Assembly (NCBI GenBank): GCA_002104905.1
Contig: MCFE01000372.1
Span: forward strand, 21,120 to 85,119
Origin: Basidiobolus meristosporus CBS 931.73
Taxonomy: Eukaryota; Fungi; Basidiobolomycota
Direction of reading: 5' to 3'
DNA: 64,000 nt
Below the pieces are notes generated by a model. That model saw only the letters and a program-made list of their open reading frames with translations. It did no database searches and had not been told where the DNA came from. Positions 11,883-23,200 of the stretch are shown in pieces (position 1 is the stretch's first letter; each line of letters begins with the position of its first letter). Made by a program: the position numbers and the translations under genes.

Positions 11883-12656
11883 ATGTCCGTACACTCTATC
11901 TCTGCGCTCAAAATCCAAGTGATCAGGGCAAGAAATCTGGCCCCCAAAGATAGTAACGGGCTTTCCGACCCGTTTGTTGTGGTTAAGCTTCAAAACAAAA
12001 AGAAGACCACCAAAATCGTCCCCAAAAGTCTCAACCCAACTTGGGACACCACATTTGAGTTCAAGATCAACATGAGAAACCCACCCAAATTCATCCAAGT
12101 AGTGTGCTGGGATAACGACTTCTTTGGCAGGGACTTCATGGGTCAGCTTAACCTTTCATTTCGCGAGCTGTTCATTGACGGCGTGCCGATCTCGTTCGAT
12201 CCTTCGCAGAGAAGAACAATTTGGTACACATTGGAGAAGAAGAGCTCCAAGGATGTGGTTAGCGGCGAGATAGAGCTCAACATGGGTTTCGTCTTGACCT
12301 CTTCCTCCAACCGTGCGGAGGACTGGGTTCCTGTTTATGAGGCGTTAGTCGGCAAGGCGCCATCATTCACCTCCACTCCCTCAACGCTTACATTGGACAA
12401 TTTCGATGATTTGTCGTCGGAGTCTGACAGTGACTACGATGATGAGCCTAATCAATTACCTTCTCCTCAGCCATCTCCCAATCCAAGATATCAGGGTCAG
12501 GGCTACCCCCCTCAACGGCCCTACCAGCAAGGATACCCCGCTAAGCAATCACTCTATCCTCCACGTCAATCGACATACCCCCCTCCTAGAAGCCCATCAC
12601 CCAATAGATATGCTCCCGATCGGACCAATACTCAGCCTGCGCCTGGGATGATTTGA
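11883..12656 (+). CDS. Single C2-domain protein (resembles the Psd2 C2A domain) with acidic and Pro/Tyr/Gln-rich tail
   Basis: LKIQVIRARNLAPKDSNGLSDPFVVV..SLNPTW..VVCWDNDFFGRDFMG retains all five Ca-binding Asp residues. The probable start is the ATG at 11883; the upstream 52 codons look like UTR. Confidence 0.85.
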   Translation: MSVHSISALKIQVIRARNLAPKDSNGLSDPFVVVKLQNKKKTTKIVPKSLNPTWDTTFEFKINMRNPPKFIQVVCWDNDFFGRDFMGQLNLSFRELFIDGVPISFDPSQRRTIWYTLEKKSSKDVVSGEIELNMGFVLTSSSNRAEDWVPVYEALVGKAPSFTSTPSTLTLDNFDDLSSESDSDYDDEPNQLPSPQPSPNPRYQGQGYPPQRPYQQGYPAKQSLYPPRQSTYPPPRSPSPNRYAPDRTNTQPAPGMI

Positions 12657-15600
12657 ATACCCGCAAGCATCTTATAGATTTGGAAAAATTCATCGCTTCG
12701 TATTTTCTAGTCGCATTCCCTACTGTCATTATCGCCCTATCGTTTATTTACTCCCTAATATCAACATGTAATTTATAATATAATATGCCAAGATATTTTC
12801 TATGGCACCATAAAGTAGGTGTTTCAGCCATTATCCCGCTCATCTGCTGCTGGCTTGATCTTCTGCCAACGGTGGTTGTTTGACTTGATGTATCGAGTCG
12901 TGGGTCAAGCCGAGCTGGTTTGTTTACTTCGAATTACGCTGCAGCCTGTGCAAATAGTGCCTCTAAATACATGAGAGGTGCAGTCAGCTCAGTTTCTTGG
13001 TGTAGTGGTAGTATTTCACATGGCACCATGCTGCTTGAAATCAGTATAGGAATTATCCAAGATATCACGGGTAGCTTTACTGCACACTGCAGAGAGCCTC
13101 TAACCACTATTTCAGCAAGAGCCACCATTACCTTTACCGGTGTACGTGAGGATTGTAGGGAAGTTATGCATTGACGGGATTGAGAATGGTGGAGAAGGAG
13201 ACAATGGTACAGCTATTCCTGATTTGCCACCTCCATAACTTCCAATCCACTAATATGCATCTTCCACTGCAAAAAGTTTCAGATAAAGAGAAATACCGAG
13301 ATCCTAGCCGCTTGCTATCCTCGGTAGAATAGTTAAGGAAAGCAACAGTGTGATTCAGAGATCACGGTGCGTCAAGCCCAATACCGTGAAACCTCTTTCC
13401 ATTGCTGATGGTGTATTTATGTAGCCGGAGTGGGCTTATGTGTGTGCAATAGTGTGCTCTCCATACATTCCTGACGGGTGTATTTTTAGAGTAGTAATAT
13501 GATGGTTTCGGTGAGATTGCCATCTTCAGCCAACGGTGAACCGAATAGATTCTTTGATCAGTATAAATCACACCTGCACATGGGCTACCAAGCCACGGCT
13601 ATTTAGCTAGTGCGTGGCTCGCGTGAGAGAGCACAAACCAGTTGGATCTCTGACAAGTGACCAACCTATATGCCTTCGAGAAAGACATCATTGTGTAAGC
13701 CTACTGCCACTCATGTTGAAGCTTGGCTTAGACATCCAATGAAGTCACTTCATTGTTTCAGATAGATGAGAAAAGAACAATGTTGATTGATCTGAGGAGT
13801 GGGAATTAATGGGGCCGCACAGGTCTAAGTAGAATGGACTCGGACTACTCTGGCTACCTATTCGCTCTCTCGCCAAATGTATAGTCGCATGGCTCGTAGG
13901 TCTATTTTTAACGATAGTTAAGGTGACTTCCGAATCGTGCAAACGGCATACATGAAATTGGCTGATCCTCGATGAAGCAATATGAAGTGGACTGGACCCC
14001 ATATATTTCTACTTTGGAAGGCCGCTGGGTATCAAGCAGTAAGACCAGCTTCGAATTACCCCTCAATCTACTAAAGCCAATAGCTAGAGGGAGGGGAGAG
14101 GTTTTTGTGCAACATGACGTCTGCTGTTAGGAATTCGGTGAGTGGAGGAGGCATGTGGCTCATCGATATATATCAGAACAATCCGGAATTCAGAGAATAT
14201 ATTTAGAAAATTGTTCATATTGAAAACTCACACGGCAGCAGCCGACCTCTTAATTTGAACATTGGCTCGAATCATTCGTCGAGTGCGGTAGGGGGATCTC
14301 ATTGGTAGCAAAAGTTGGTCAGACAAACATGTGGCTTGTATTCTATTGCCATGGCTATATTCTGTGAGCGATATATTTACCAACCAAAGAAATTTCCGGT
14401 TCAAACTCTAATTCTTTCCGGCTCATGTCCGTGTTGCAAATGGATGGGTTTTGATCAGTCGGTTCGGTATTGGAGATTCAAGTGGTTGCATGATATAGTA
14501 GCCCTGATAAGCTATTAATAGTGGCTCCAAGGTTTATCCAATGGTGTCTCTGACTCAGCTCTAGCGACTAGAAGCCCCATCAGATGGCTATAACTAGCTT
14601 TATCGTGCCACCTCAAAGAATCCCGGGCAGTGCTGTAGAACTAGCTGGTGCTGAAAACCCAAGTACACTCTGTGTTTACGGGGAAACCATGGAATGGTCC
14701 TTTGGAATAGTTGTGCGTGGTTGTGGAGGCGGCAATAAGCAATGACAGACCAGGGGGTCGTTCTGTGAACGAGTGTAGAGTCAACATAAAAAATCCCCGG
14801 CAATTGTCCAGAAATGTTATCCAAGTATGTGTCGCCTGCCATTTGCGGAGTTGGAGCAATCTATTTGCGTATGGCATGCTTTATTACATTCCCTATCGGG
14901 AGGCTGTGAAAGCAGAGGGATAACGATGGGTAATCTGTTTTTCCCTGAGCTTCAACTCCACTTCCCTCACATAAGATAAGCCCTACCAAGTGATTGATCC
15001 TGAGCCTGCAACCCATTCAATGTATAGCTACCAACGGCAAATATTACTCCCTATAAGCTGGTTCTTGTCTTGTCAAAATCACTACCTTCTTGCATTGGTG
15101 GTATAGATCTTCTTATAGATGATTCGTGGAGCCTCGAAAGAGAAGAGTGTCCGAACTCTGTAGTCCATCACTCATTGGCGAATTCCGACACTCATGAGTC
15201 ATCTTCAACCTGAGATGCTGCCAACTCGAGTAAATTACTATAGTTCGCATTTGTCAAGTATTTCCTGATAAGGCCATTATATCACCTCAAAGGGCATCCT
15301 TTCGCCATCAAGATAGAATAACGCTAAATGGAAAGTAGATTGGAGTTCGGGACTTGTATTTACGCACATCCTCACTTCCCGATGTGCAGTGTAATGGTCG
15401 CATGTGTTAACTACGGTCGAGACTTTTCTTTTGGCGTTGTATTTAGGCTGGTAACTTGTATATGGGCCGGATTCGTGAGTACCACCATCAGGTTTGATCA
15501 GCACACTTTCTCAATGAACAATGGCGATGGACGCCAAATGCACCATATTACAAATCGAGCCTATGGAATCGAAGGCTTATTATAGGTGGTTGCTAATATG

Positions 15601-15904
15601 TGCCAATGCCCAAAATAACTTCTGGCCGTTGTAAGCAAGTCATTGCACAGCCACAGTTTCCTGGCGGCGTTTAAGGTATGTTAAGGTTACGTTGACCGCG
15701 ACTTTGATGTAACCGTGCAAAGACTCGTTTCGATAATGCCACGAAGATCTATGTTTAGTTGGTCGGGTAGTTTCGATGATTGGTGGATCTTCATCTCGAC
15801 ACTTATAATTATATCTGGTGTTCGTTAATAAAGAGCAATTCCAATTCAAGCGGTCAGTTGGGAGCGTTGTGTGTCACAGTTGAGCATATGTCGCCACAAG
15901 AGGA

Positions 15905-15912
15905 TATAAATA
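15905..15912 (+). promoter_or_regulatory. TATA box of the chitin deacetylase gene
   Basis: TATAAATA lies about 55 nt upstream of the ATG at 15961. Confidence 0.6.
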
Positions 15913-15960
15913 TCCCCCCTGGAGGGAGGTTCTCTCTCATTCAATAGGCCATCTCTTGCA

Positions 15961-17010
15961 ATGAAATCTCTTTCAAAGTTAACATTTGTCTCCATCCTTG
16001 CTTTGTCTTTAGCAGATGGCTTACTAGCTCAAGGATCTAGTAACCTCTTTAGCACCGCCTCCACTACCACTACTGCTGCCAGCTCCGCTTCCTCCACCCC
16101 TTCTGTCTCGGCAGGTCAAACTCTGAGATACTTGGACCAGAAGTGCGGAGCAGGTGTTGGTACTTGTGCACCTGGTCTCTGCTGTAGCGAGTATGGGTAC
16201 TGTGGTTACACATCAGATCATTGTGGTACTGGTTGTCAGAAGGGTTCTGGCGATTGTGATGATGGTATTGAGGCCACCGTTCACACCGGATGCAACGTTC
16301 CAGGGACATTTGCCATCAGTTTCGATGACGGCCCAAGTGTCTTGACACCTGGCTTGCTTGATTACCTGGACAAAGTCGGGGTGAAATCGACCTTCTTCAT
16401 GAACGGGAAAAACTGGAAGAACGCCGACACCGGAAATCCCATTAATAGCATCTACGAGCTGGCTGATGTTGTCAAGAGGGCATATAATTCTGGTCACCAA
16501 GTCTGCTCGCATACCTGGTCCCATGTCGATTTGATCACCGTGAATGAATATAACATCACCTACGAAATGAACAAAGTGAGCCGTGCTTTCGCCAACATCC
16601 TTGGGGTTGTGCCTACTTGCATGCGCCCCCCTTACGGAGACACAGACAGCAATTCCAGAAAGGTATTGAAGCGTATGGGCTTTACTGTAGTGACCTGGAA
16701 TATCGATCCAGTAGACTGGAACCCCATTAACAGCATTGATGAGATGTACATGGAATTTGTCAACCAGTCGGGCAATACCAGTCCTTTGGAAGGAAAATTC
16801 ATTTCCTTGGACCATGATGTTTGGAATACCACCGCAGACTTCAGATCCCCCAACTATCCTAGAACTCTTCCTTTGGCACAGCGTGCCATCGAGTACCTGA
16901 AATGCCGAGGCTGGAAGCTAGTCAACCTACCCACCTGTCTTGGAGAACAACCATACTACAGAGCACCCAACCCATCTGACGAGGTGTGCGGTGATACTGG
17001 TTGCTTCTAA
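15961..17010 (+). CDS. Secreted chitin deacetylase: signal peptide + Thr/Ser linker + CBM18 (hevein-type) + CE4/NodB catalytic domain
   Basis: CBM18 is CGAGVGTCAPGLCCSEYGYCGYTSDHCGTGCQ. CE4 motifs SFDDGP, HTWSH, RPPYG, DPVDW and LDHD are all present. Single exon. Confidence 0.95.
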   Translation: MKSLSKLTFVSILALSLADGLLAQGSSNLFSTASTTTTAASSASSTPSVSAGQTLRYLDQKCGAGVGTCAPGLCCSEYGYCGYTSDHCGTGCQKGSGDCDDGIEATVHTGCNVPGTFAISFDDGPSVLTPGLLDYLDKVGVKSTFFMNGKNWKNADTGNPINSIYELADVVKRAYNSGHQVCSHTWSHVDLITVNEYNITYEMNKVSRAFANILGVVPTCMRPPYGDTDSNSRKVLKRMGFTVVTWNIDPVDWNPINSIDEMYMEFVNQSGNTSPLEGKFISLDHDVWNTTADFRSPNYPRTLPLAQRAIEYLKCRGWKLVNLPTCLGEQPYYRAPNPSDEVCGDTGCF

Positions 17011-17216
17011 AAGGAGGGCTCTGTGGGTTTCACGGCCTTTCCCCAATTGCATATTTTGATGAATATTTTGCTTTACTAGATTCTTCAGCTTCAACTACGA
17101 AATAAATTCTCTCCTAATACTTGAAAAAGTACATATGGCATATGCTGATGCTTTATTATTCATGGGCAGGGTCGATTGAGCCGGCCAAACCTCCAAGTCA
17201 TCACCATGGAGAGGCC

Positions 17217-20200
17217 TTACTGTGAGGACTGGAATTTCTTCGAGCATTTCGAGCAAAATCTAGCGGATTTGTCGGGGCAGCTCGATATGGTATTTACGCA
17301 GGAGGAGCAGAAGATGCCTGGGATCGGGGTTCAGTTCAGTTCGAGTTCAACAATGATTCGAGATTGGCCACTTACCTCCACATTGCTTACACCTGGCTTT
17401 TCTTTCTGTGGATCCATTCGGTTAGATGGTTAGCGCGGTTCATAGACACACTTTCATTGTCGACATTACCTAGCACCGAGAATTTCATTCTGCAATTTAA
17501 ACAGAATTCCAAGTGGTTCTCCTTCATCCAATGCAAATCCCCTCCAGCATCCGGAAATAGCCATCCGTACACTCTGCCAAGCGAGTCCCCAGAGTAGATG
17601 GTCCTATGGTGGCTTTACAACAATTTCCGATCAGTATCAACTGCTCGCAAAGATCCCACCACTGCCAACAATCTAGTGTTACCTTGAGATATTCAGGACT
17701 ATGATGTCAGAGGTCGCGCCTTTGTTGATACTCAGCCTATCTTCGTGCTCCAGCGTATAACGAAGCGAAATGCTTCCAGACCCTGAGGACAAATTCACCG
17801 TTAGAGAAGACCCGTTCCTGATATTTTGAAGGGGTTCGTTTCTGCTTACCTTCCTGCTGATTTACCGCGGTGTTCCATATCTGAATTTAGGCATTAGTTG
17901 CTGCTACAAGTATCCTGTGGTGATGTACCGGCCTACCTTGATCAACCCTTTCCGATGCCCAGTGCAGATAAGCTCTTCTTCCAGCCATTCATGGTTTCTC
18001 CCCTATTGTTTTGATTTAAATGAGAACTGTATACGGAGTTGCTCAGGTGAATGCTCAGATGATACCTCGACAAAAGCACAACAGAGTATAGGCTCGTTGA
18101 AAGGAGAAGTTGAGTGGGTAGCTATCGGCTCACCATTGACCGTCCACAACTTCATGGTGGGTCCGGAACAAGTGATGATTGTGCCCTATCAAAAGTATAA
18201 GAAACTGTTGTGCCATAGTGTTCACCACAAATGCCAAATGCTCTACAAACCGTTGTGTTGTTGATGGATAGTGCCTAAATAAGTAGGCATTGAAGTTAGC
18301 CAATGCTAGCACACATCTATCATCGTCAAGCCATTACCTGCACCCCTTGCTCATGTTCTGAAAGCTGTCTGATGTAGTTTAAGCGGTTCAAATCCCAGAT
18401 AATACATGTTCCATCCTGAGGCAGTTGAAGGAATATATAAGAATCGTCATCTCCCGGATGAAAATTGAAAGAAGCCTACCTCCGAGCCAGTGACAACAAT
18501 GCTATATGAGCCTGATACTGCAACACATGTGACGGGTGCAGAATGCCCACGAAGTATCTGGCATAACTCTAATGTGTCTTGTGATTTGTTTTGATGAATC
18601 CTCCATATACTCACAAGCTAAAAACAAACCGGTTGGCTGAAGGTATTCGAAAGACGCACAACTAAGAGACCTACCGTATCTTCTCCCCCTATGACCAGTC
18701 GAGAAGAGTCTGCAAATGCTACACATCGAATCGGACCCGAATGAAGGTTCTCAAATACGCTTAACATCTAACATCATTCAAAAGCTTGATTCTTGCCATT
18801 ATACTATACATCTGGGAAGGGAAATCCTACGTACCTTCCCGGTGTCAGTTTGGAATAATCTCAGGCTGTTGTCCGAGAAGCCCCATTCCACATATTTCGT
18901 GCCGTTCGGAGGAACAAAGGCCTGTATAGATTTGTGTTAGCTACCACCAACATGCTGCTTATATCCCTTAAAATGGTTCTACTTTTTGGGTGCTTGCTGC
19001 CATCAGTCGGTCTTGAATAACGCGGATCTCTCCCACAGGCTGTCCGATTTCTATAGATTGAGGTAAGCTCGTGACATGTTAACCTTTTTCAGCCATCATC
19101 TAGAGCATACCGAAGATGGGGGCTGCGGATTGATTCAGCATTTCTGGCTCGCGGTGGATCTTGTAGTTTCCGAATTGGCCAACGCTGGTTTCCAGTGATC
19201 TGCGTGGGTGTGGCCGTTTGAAAAGTTGTCTGGGTGTTTGCCCAAAGTTATGGATAATTCCAATCGTTGCGCTCTTTTCAACTGGGTCAGAGATAGAGTC
19301 CAGATCAACTGCATCTTCGTAAGAGAGATGATGGAAGACGTTCACAGCCTTCACCGACTCTTCACCTTGTTGTTTGTACCCAAAGATCAAGTCAATCCAC
19401 TCATGGAGATGGCTGCTTGTGTATTCGGATTCCAAGGCTTCCCGATGTTTCTTGATAAATAACTTAGGGTCTCCGTGAGCCCAGGGAGGTAAAATCACCG
19501 AGTCAATAGCCTCTCCACTGCCTTGTTTCACCCCAAAGTTGAACCCATTGCGATTCTCCAAAAACTCCGGAAGGTAGAAGAATTCCGGAATCAACTCACG
19601 AACGTCAGTCATGTTGATTTGGGAGGCTGACTGCCATGCATGCTGGATGGAATGGAACAGTCTATCCGCATGGTCGAAGTAGCCACCTTGCAGCTTCAGG
19701 AAAAAGTGAGTGAATGGCTCCAACCGTATCAGATACCAGCAAACAATCATCGCGGAGGAATAGTGTGTTCCGTAATGGAAGGCTGGGGTGGTATTATCGG
19801 CTTCTTCCCAAGAATTGTATCGTTCGATAAATTCGTTTGCACGCTCCGCCGATTGGGTTCCCATGGGCTTTGAAAGGTCACGGAAGGTTTTTGGATCGGT
19901 TAAGTCCAACTCCTCGCTAGTGTAATCGGCGAGAATCCATGGGAATATAGGATACTGGGTCAGGTCGTTGTATGACCTTCCGGCCAGAGTGTTCAAGTGC
20001 ATGAGATATTGGAAATTGGATATTTCTCTTTTTTCCCATCGACTGGTGAGCTCGCTTAACGAAGAACTGCCAAATATAAGGTTCGTTAATTTGGAACCAA
20101 TCGCTAGTGGTGTAAGATCAGTGTGAGTGGCGGTCCCTGCTACCGACTCGTTGGCGCTGACCAGTGAAGTAAGTCTTGCCAACAAGCGATTGTACACAGT

Positions 20201-23200
20201 GTCCCGTTGGTTTAACTCCAGAGTGATCAGATAGTTTCGCCCATCGTTTAGGAACACTTCGATGGCCACATCTCTAAAGAGGAACTTCCTTTTGTGAACT
20301 TCCTTGATGTCGTCGAACGCCCATTTACGATGCTGATGTTTTTTGGCATCATCTTCATTCTCCGAGTTGGATGACAGCGTTTGCAGGTATATGTCACGCT
20401 CTTGGGCGGGAACAGTCCAGATATCCACGATCTCTCCGTCCTTTCTCTGGAAATAGTTATCAATGATATATATGTGCGTCTTGCCAATAATTAGAAGGCC
20501 TTCATGGGCGTCTAAACATAGAATTCTGCTGATGTTATATATGTCCAATGCCGTATCCCCTGATTCAAGAATACGAGAGATCTTGTAATTCTTGTCTTCC
20601 TCCAGTATGGCTTCTGCTGTTTCCGGATGTGAGCTCTGACTGGTTTCAGAGGAAAATTCGGCCGGTTCTTCTGATATTTCCGACGCTATTATCTGGAAAT
20701 CATCTGCCTCTGTTATAGCCTCGATTTTGTCCGAGTCCAACCCTTCCTGTAGCAAGATGAATGAATCACTCTTCTTTGCCTTATTGATGGGGGCATCACT
20801 TTGCTTAGGCTTATAGGCGACTTTGGGGTAGTTCCTATGCAACTGTAATCGCATTCTCATACGACAAGGGCCTTCCGTGAAATCTAATTTCCAACGTTGG
20901 TTGAGATTTGCTTGGTCATCGGACTGCCAAATGGCTCGCTGGTGGTACAACTGTTCGGAGAGATAGCCCCATTCGGCATTGATAAATTCGTCATTGTCGA
21001 TGCAGTCTTGCAGGGCTTTGCCTAGTCGATTTGATTCCAAACTCTGGATACTCCTGGACCAGGCTTGTGCCTTTACAAGGTACCTTTGATACACCTCCAT
21101 CGCGGAGCGCTTTGACCGTGCCAGGCGCCTTAATTTATTCAACCGGCGACCATGGCTTATCTTTAGATAGTCTTTGCTGACCTTGATTTCAGCCGCCAAA
21201 TAGCTATCCCAGGACTTCATCAAGTGCTCTTGGCAGAATTTCTGAAATTCTTGCTTTCTAGAATCCATCCACGGAATAAACGATCCAAACTCAAGCTCCA
21301 ACAACTTGGAGAATCCGTCGGCCAATTCTTGGTATTCCTCTTGTTGGATCTTGACCTGAATAATGGAGGACATTTCATTTGGCTTTTGCAGGAAGAGCAG
21401 CTTCAGCAGGTTTAATGAAGCAATCCTCACGCCGTCATCTGGGATGTTTAGGAAGTTCGACAAATGGAAAGTCAAACAACGGAAAAACTCCCCGTCGGTA
21501 TTGTGCTCTATCAAAATGATCTTCTGATTGTAGATGAGATCATTTAATATTTCGATGAGGCTATTGAATTGGTTCGAGACCTGATGGTCTGATAAACGGA
21601 ACAGTATGAGGCGGTTGAGTTGTTTGTATAGTCCACTATAAAGCGCTTCTAAGCGGTGGATTTTCAATACTCCGCTTGTTTCCATCGCTGTCGTCATTTC
21701 TAACACGAAGACGCAGAAAGAAAAAAGCTGCTCCGCTCCGCCTACAAACCACCCTTGGTATGTAGCATCCACAGCCATACTAATGAACTTGGAAATATTC
21801 GTTAATACAGGAATATTTGCAAGGAGATTCTGGCTTAGTTGCAGTGTACTCTCCAGGCTACTTAAAACATGGATAATCAGGTATGTCTCAAACTGTACTT
21901 GGTGCTCTTGGAAGGAGGGGGGGAATCCTCTCAGTGCCAGATCTAATTCTGCCAGTGGCTTGGTTACAGGTTTCAGTATGGAATCTACACACAGCGTCAC
22001 CAAAAACTCTAGGATGCATTCGATAGTCGCATTTTTCTGGATTGTAGAATCAGAACGCTTTAGAGTCGGTTTGACTATTGGTGAACTGAACGATCTAAGT
22101 TTGGTTGATATGCTGAGTTTTTGCTTCGCCTCGCTCGATAATTCTTTATCCTTGTTGCTGCTGAGTACATTCATGTAAGGCTTCTTCGGCCTTTGGGTTT
22201 GTGCTATGCTTTCTTTGATTTCGCTGGATGTTGAAGTAACTGAAATGCTGGTGTGCGAATCAAACACTTTCTCTGCTTCCGAGGTAACATTCGAGTCCTT
22301 CGAATAAAGTTCTGTATCCACGGTCACCTCCTCTGACCCACATATCACTGGGAACAGGATTCCTACAACCTGGTCAATTATGTTTGGCTTGCAGCACAGC
22401 TCTTTAAATACCGAGGAGGTAATATACATCTCAGTTAAGAAATGGATCAGTGTCTGTTGTACTTTGGCAAGTTCTAGAAGGCTTTTCTCAATGACGACTT
22501 CTTGCTGGTGTCCAGCTGTGATCGATCGATGTAAAATGTATTAGTTTGGTGAAAGACGATGGCTATGAAAGCGTCAATATGTAGCCCTACCAGTCTGCTC
22601 AGGCACCATGGAGTTACTAGCAAGGTATTGGGAGACATCGGTGTTGGTAAATGATTTCGATCTTCTCCTAGCTGCCTTATCCATGGCCTTCTGTTCCAAG
22701 GTTGGAGATTTGATTTTTTCCATATGTTCGAACGATAGTAGCTCCTTGTCCTCCAGCTTGTGGCTGTGTTTAACTAGTAAGTCAACACACCGTTTGATCA
22801 TCGCAAACAGTATGCTTAGGGCCTCGTGACAGAGTGGACGAGATTGATTCATCTCACTTTTGAAGACAGTCAGCAAATTGAATAAATCGAATCTCGACAC
22901 AATAGGCACTGTCGCAATGTCTACTCCTAGCAAAATGGAAATTACTGCTGGATAGAGCTGGCACAGGTACCAATGTTCAGGCAACAGTTTCTCCAAGACA
23001 GCAAACCCCTCAGAAGCAACTCTGAACTTATTAACATAGACAGGGCCTTGGGTGTAGAGAAGTCTGGCCAATAGTCTCGTAGCCAAAACAACCGTATACG
23101 AATTCAAGTGGCTTTCAATAAAGAGCAATGGCCAACGGCTAGTGATGGTACTGGCAAATCTAGAAATAAACTGAGGGTTTTCTGGGTCGTTAACAATCTG

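Noticed and set aside
12800-15900. Many 60-85-aa ORFs on both strands
   Set aside because: No domain signatures, repeats or splice-consistent model found by eye.
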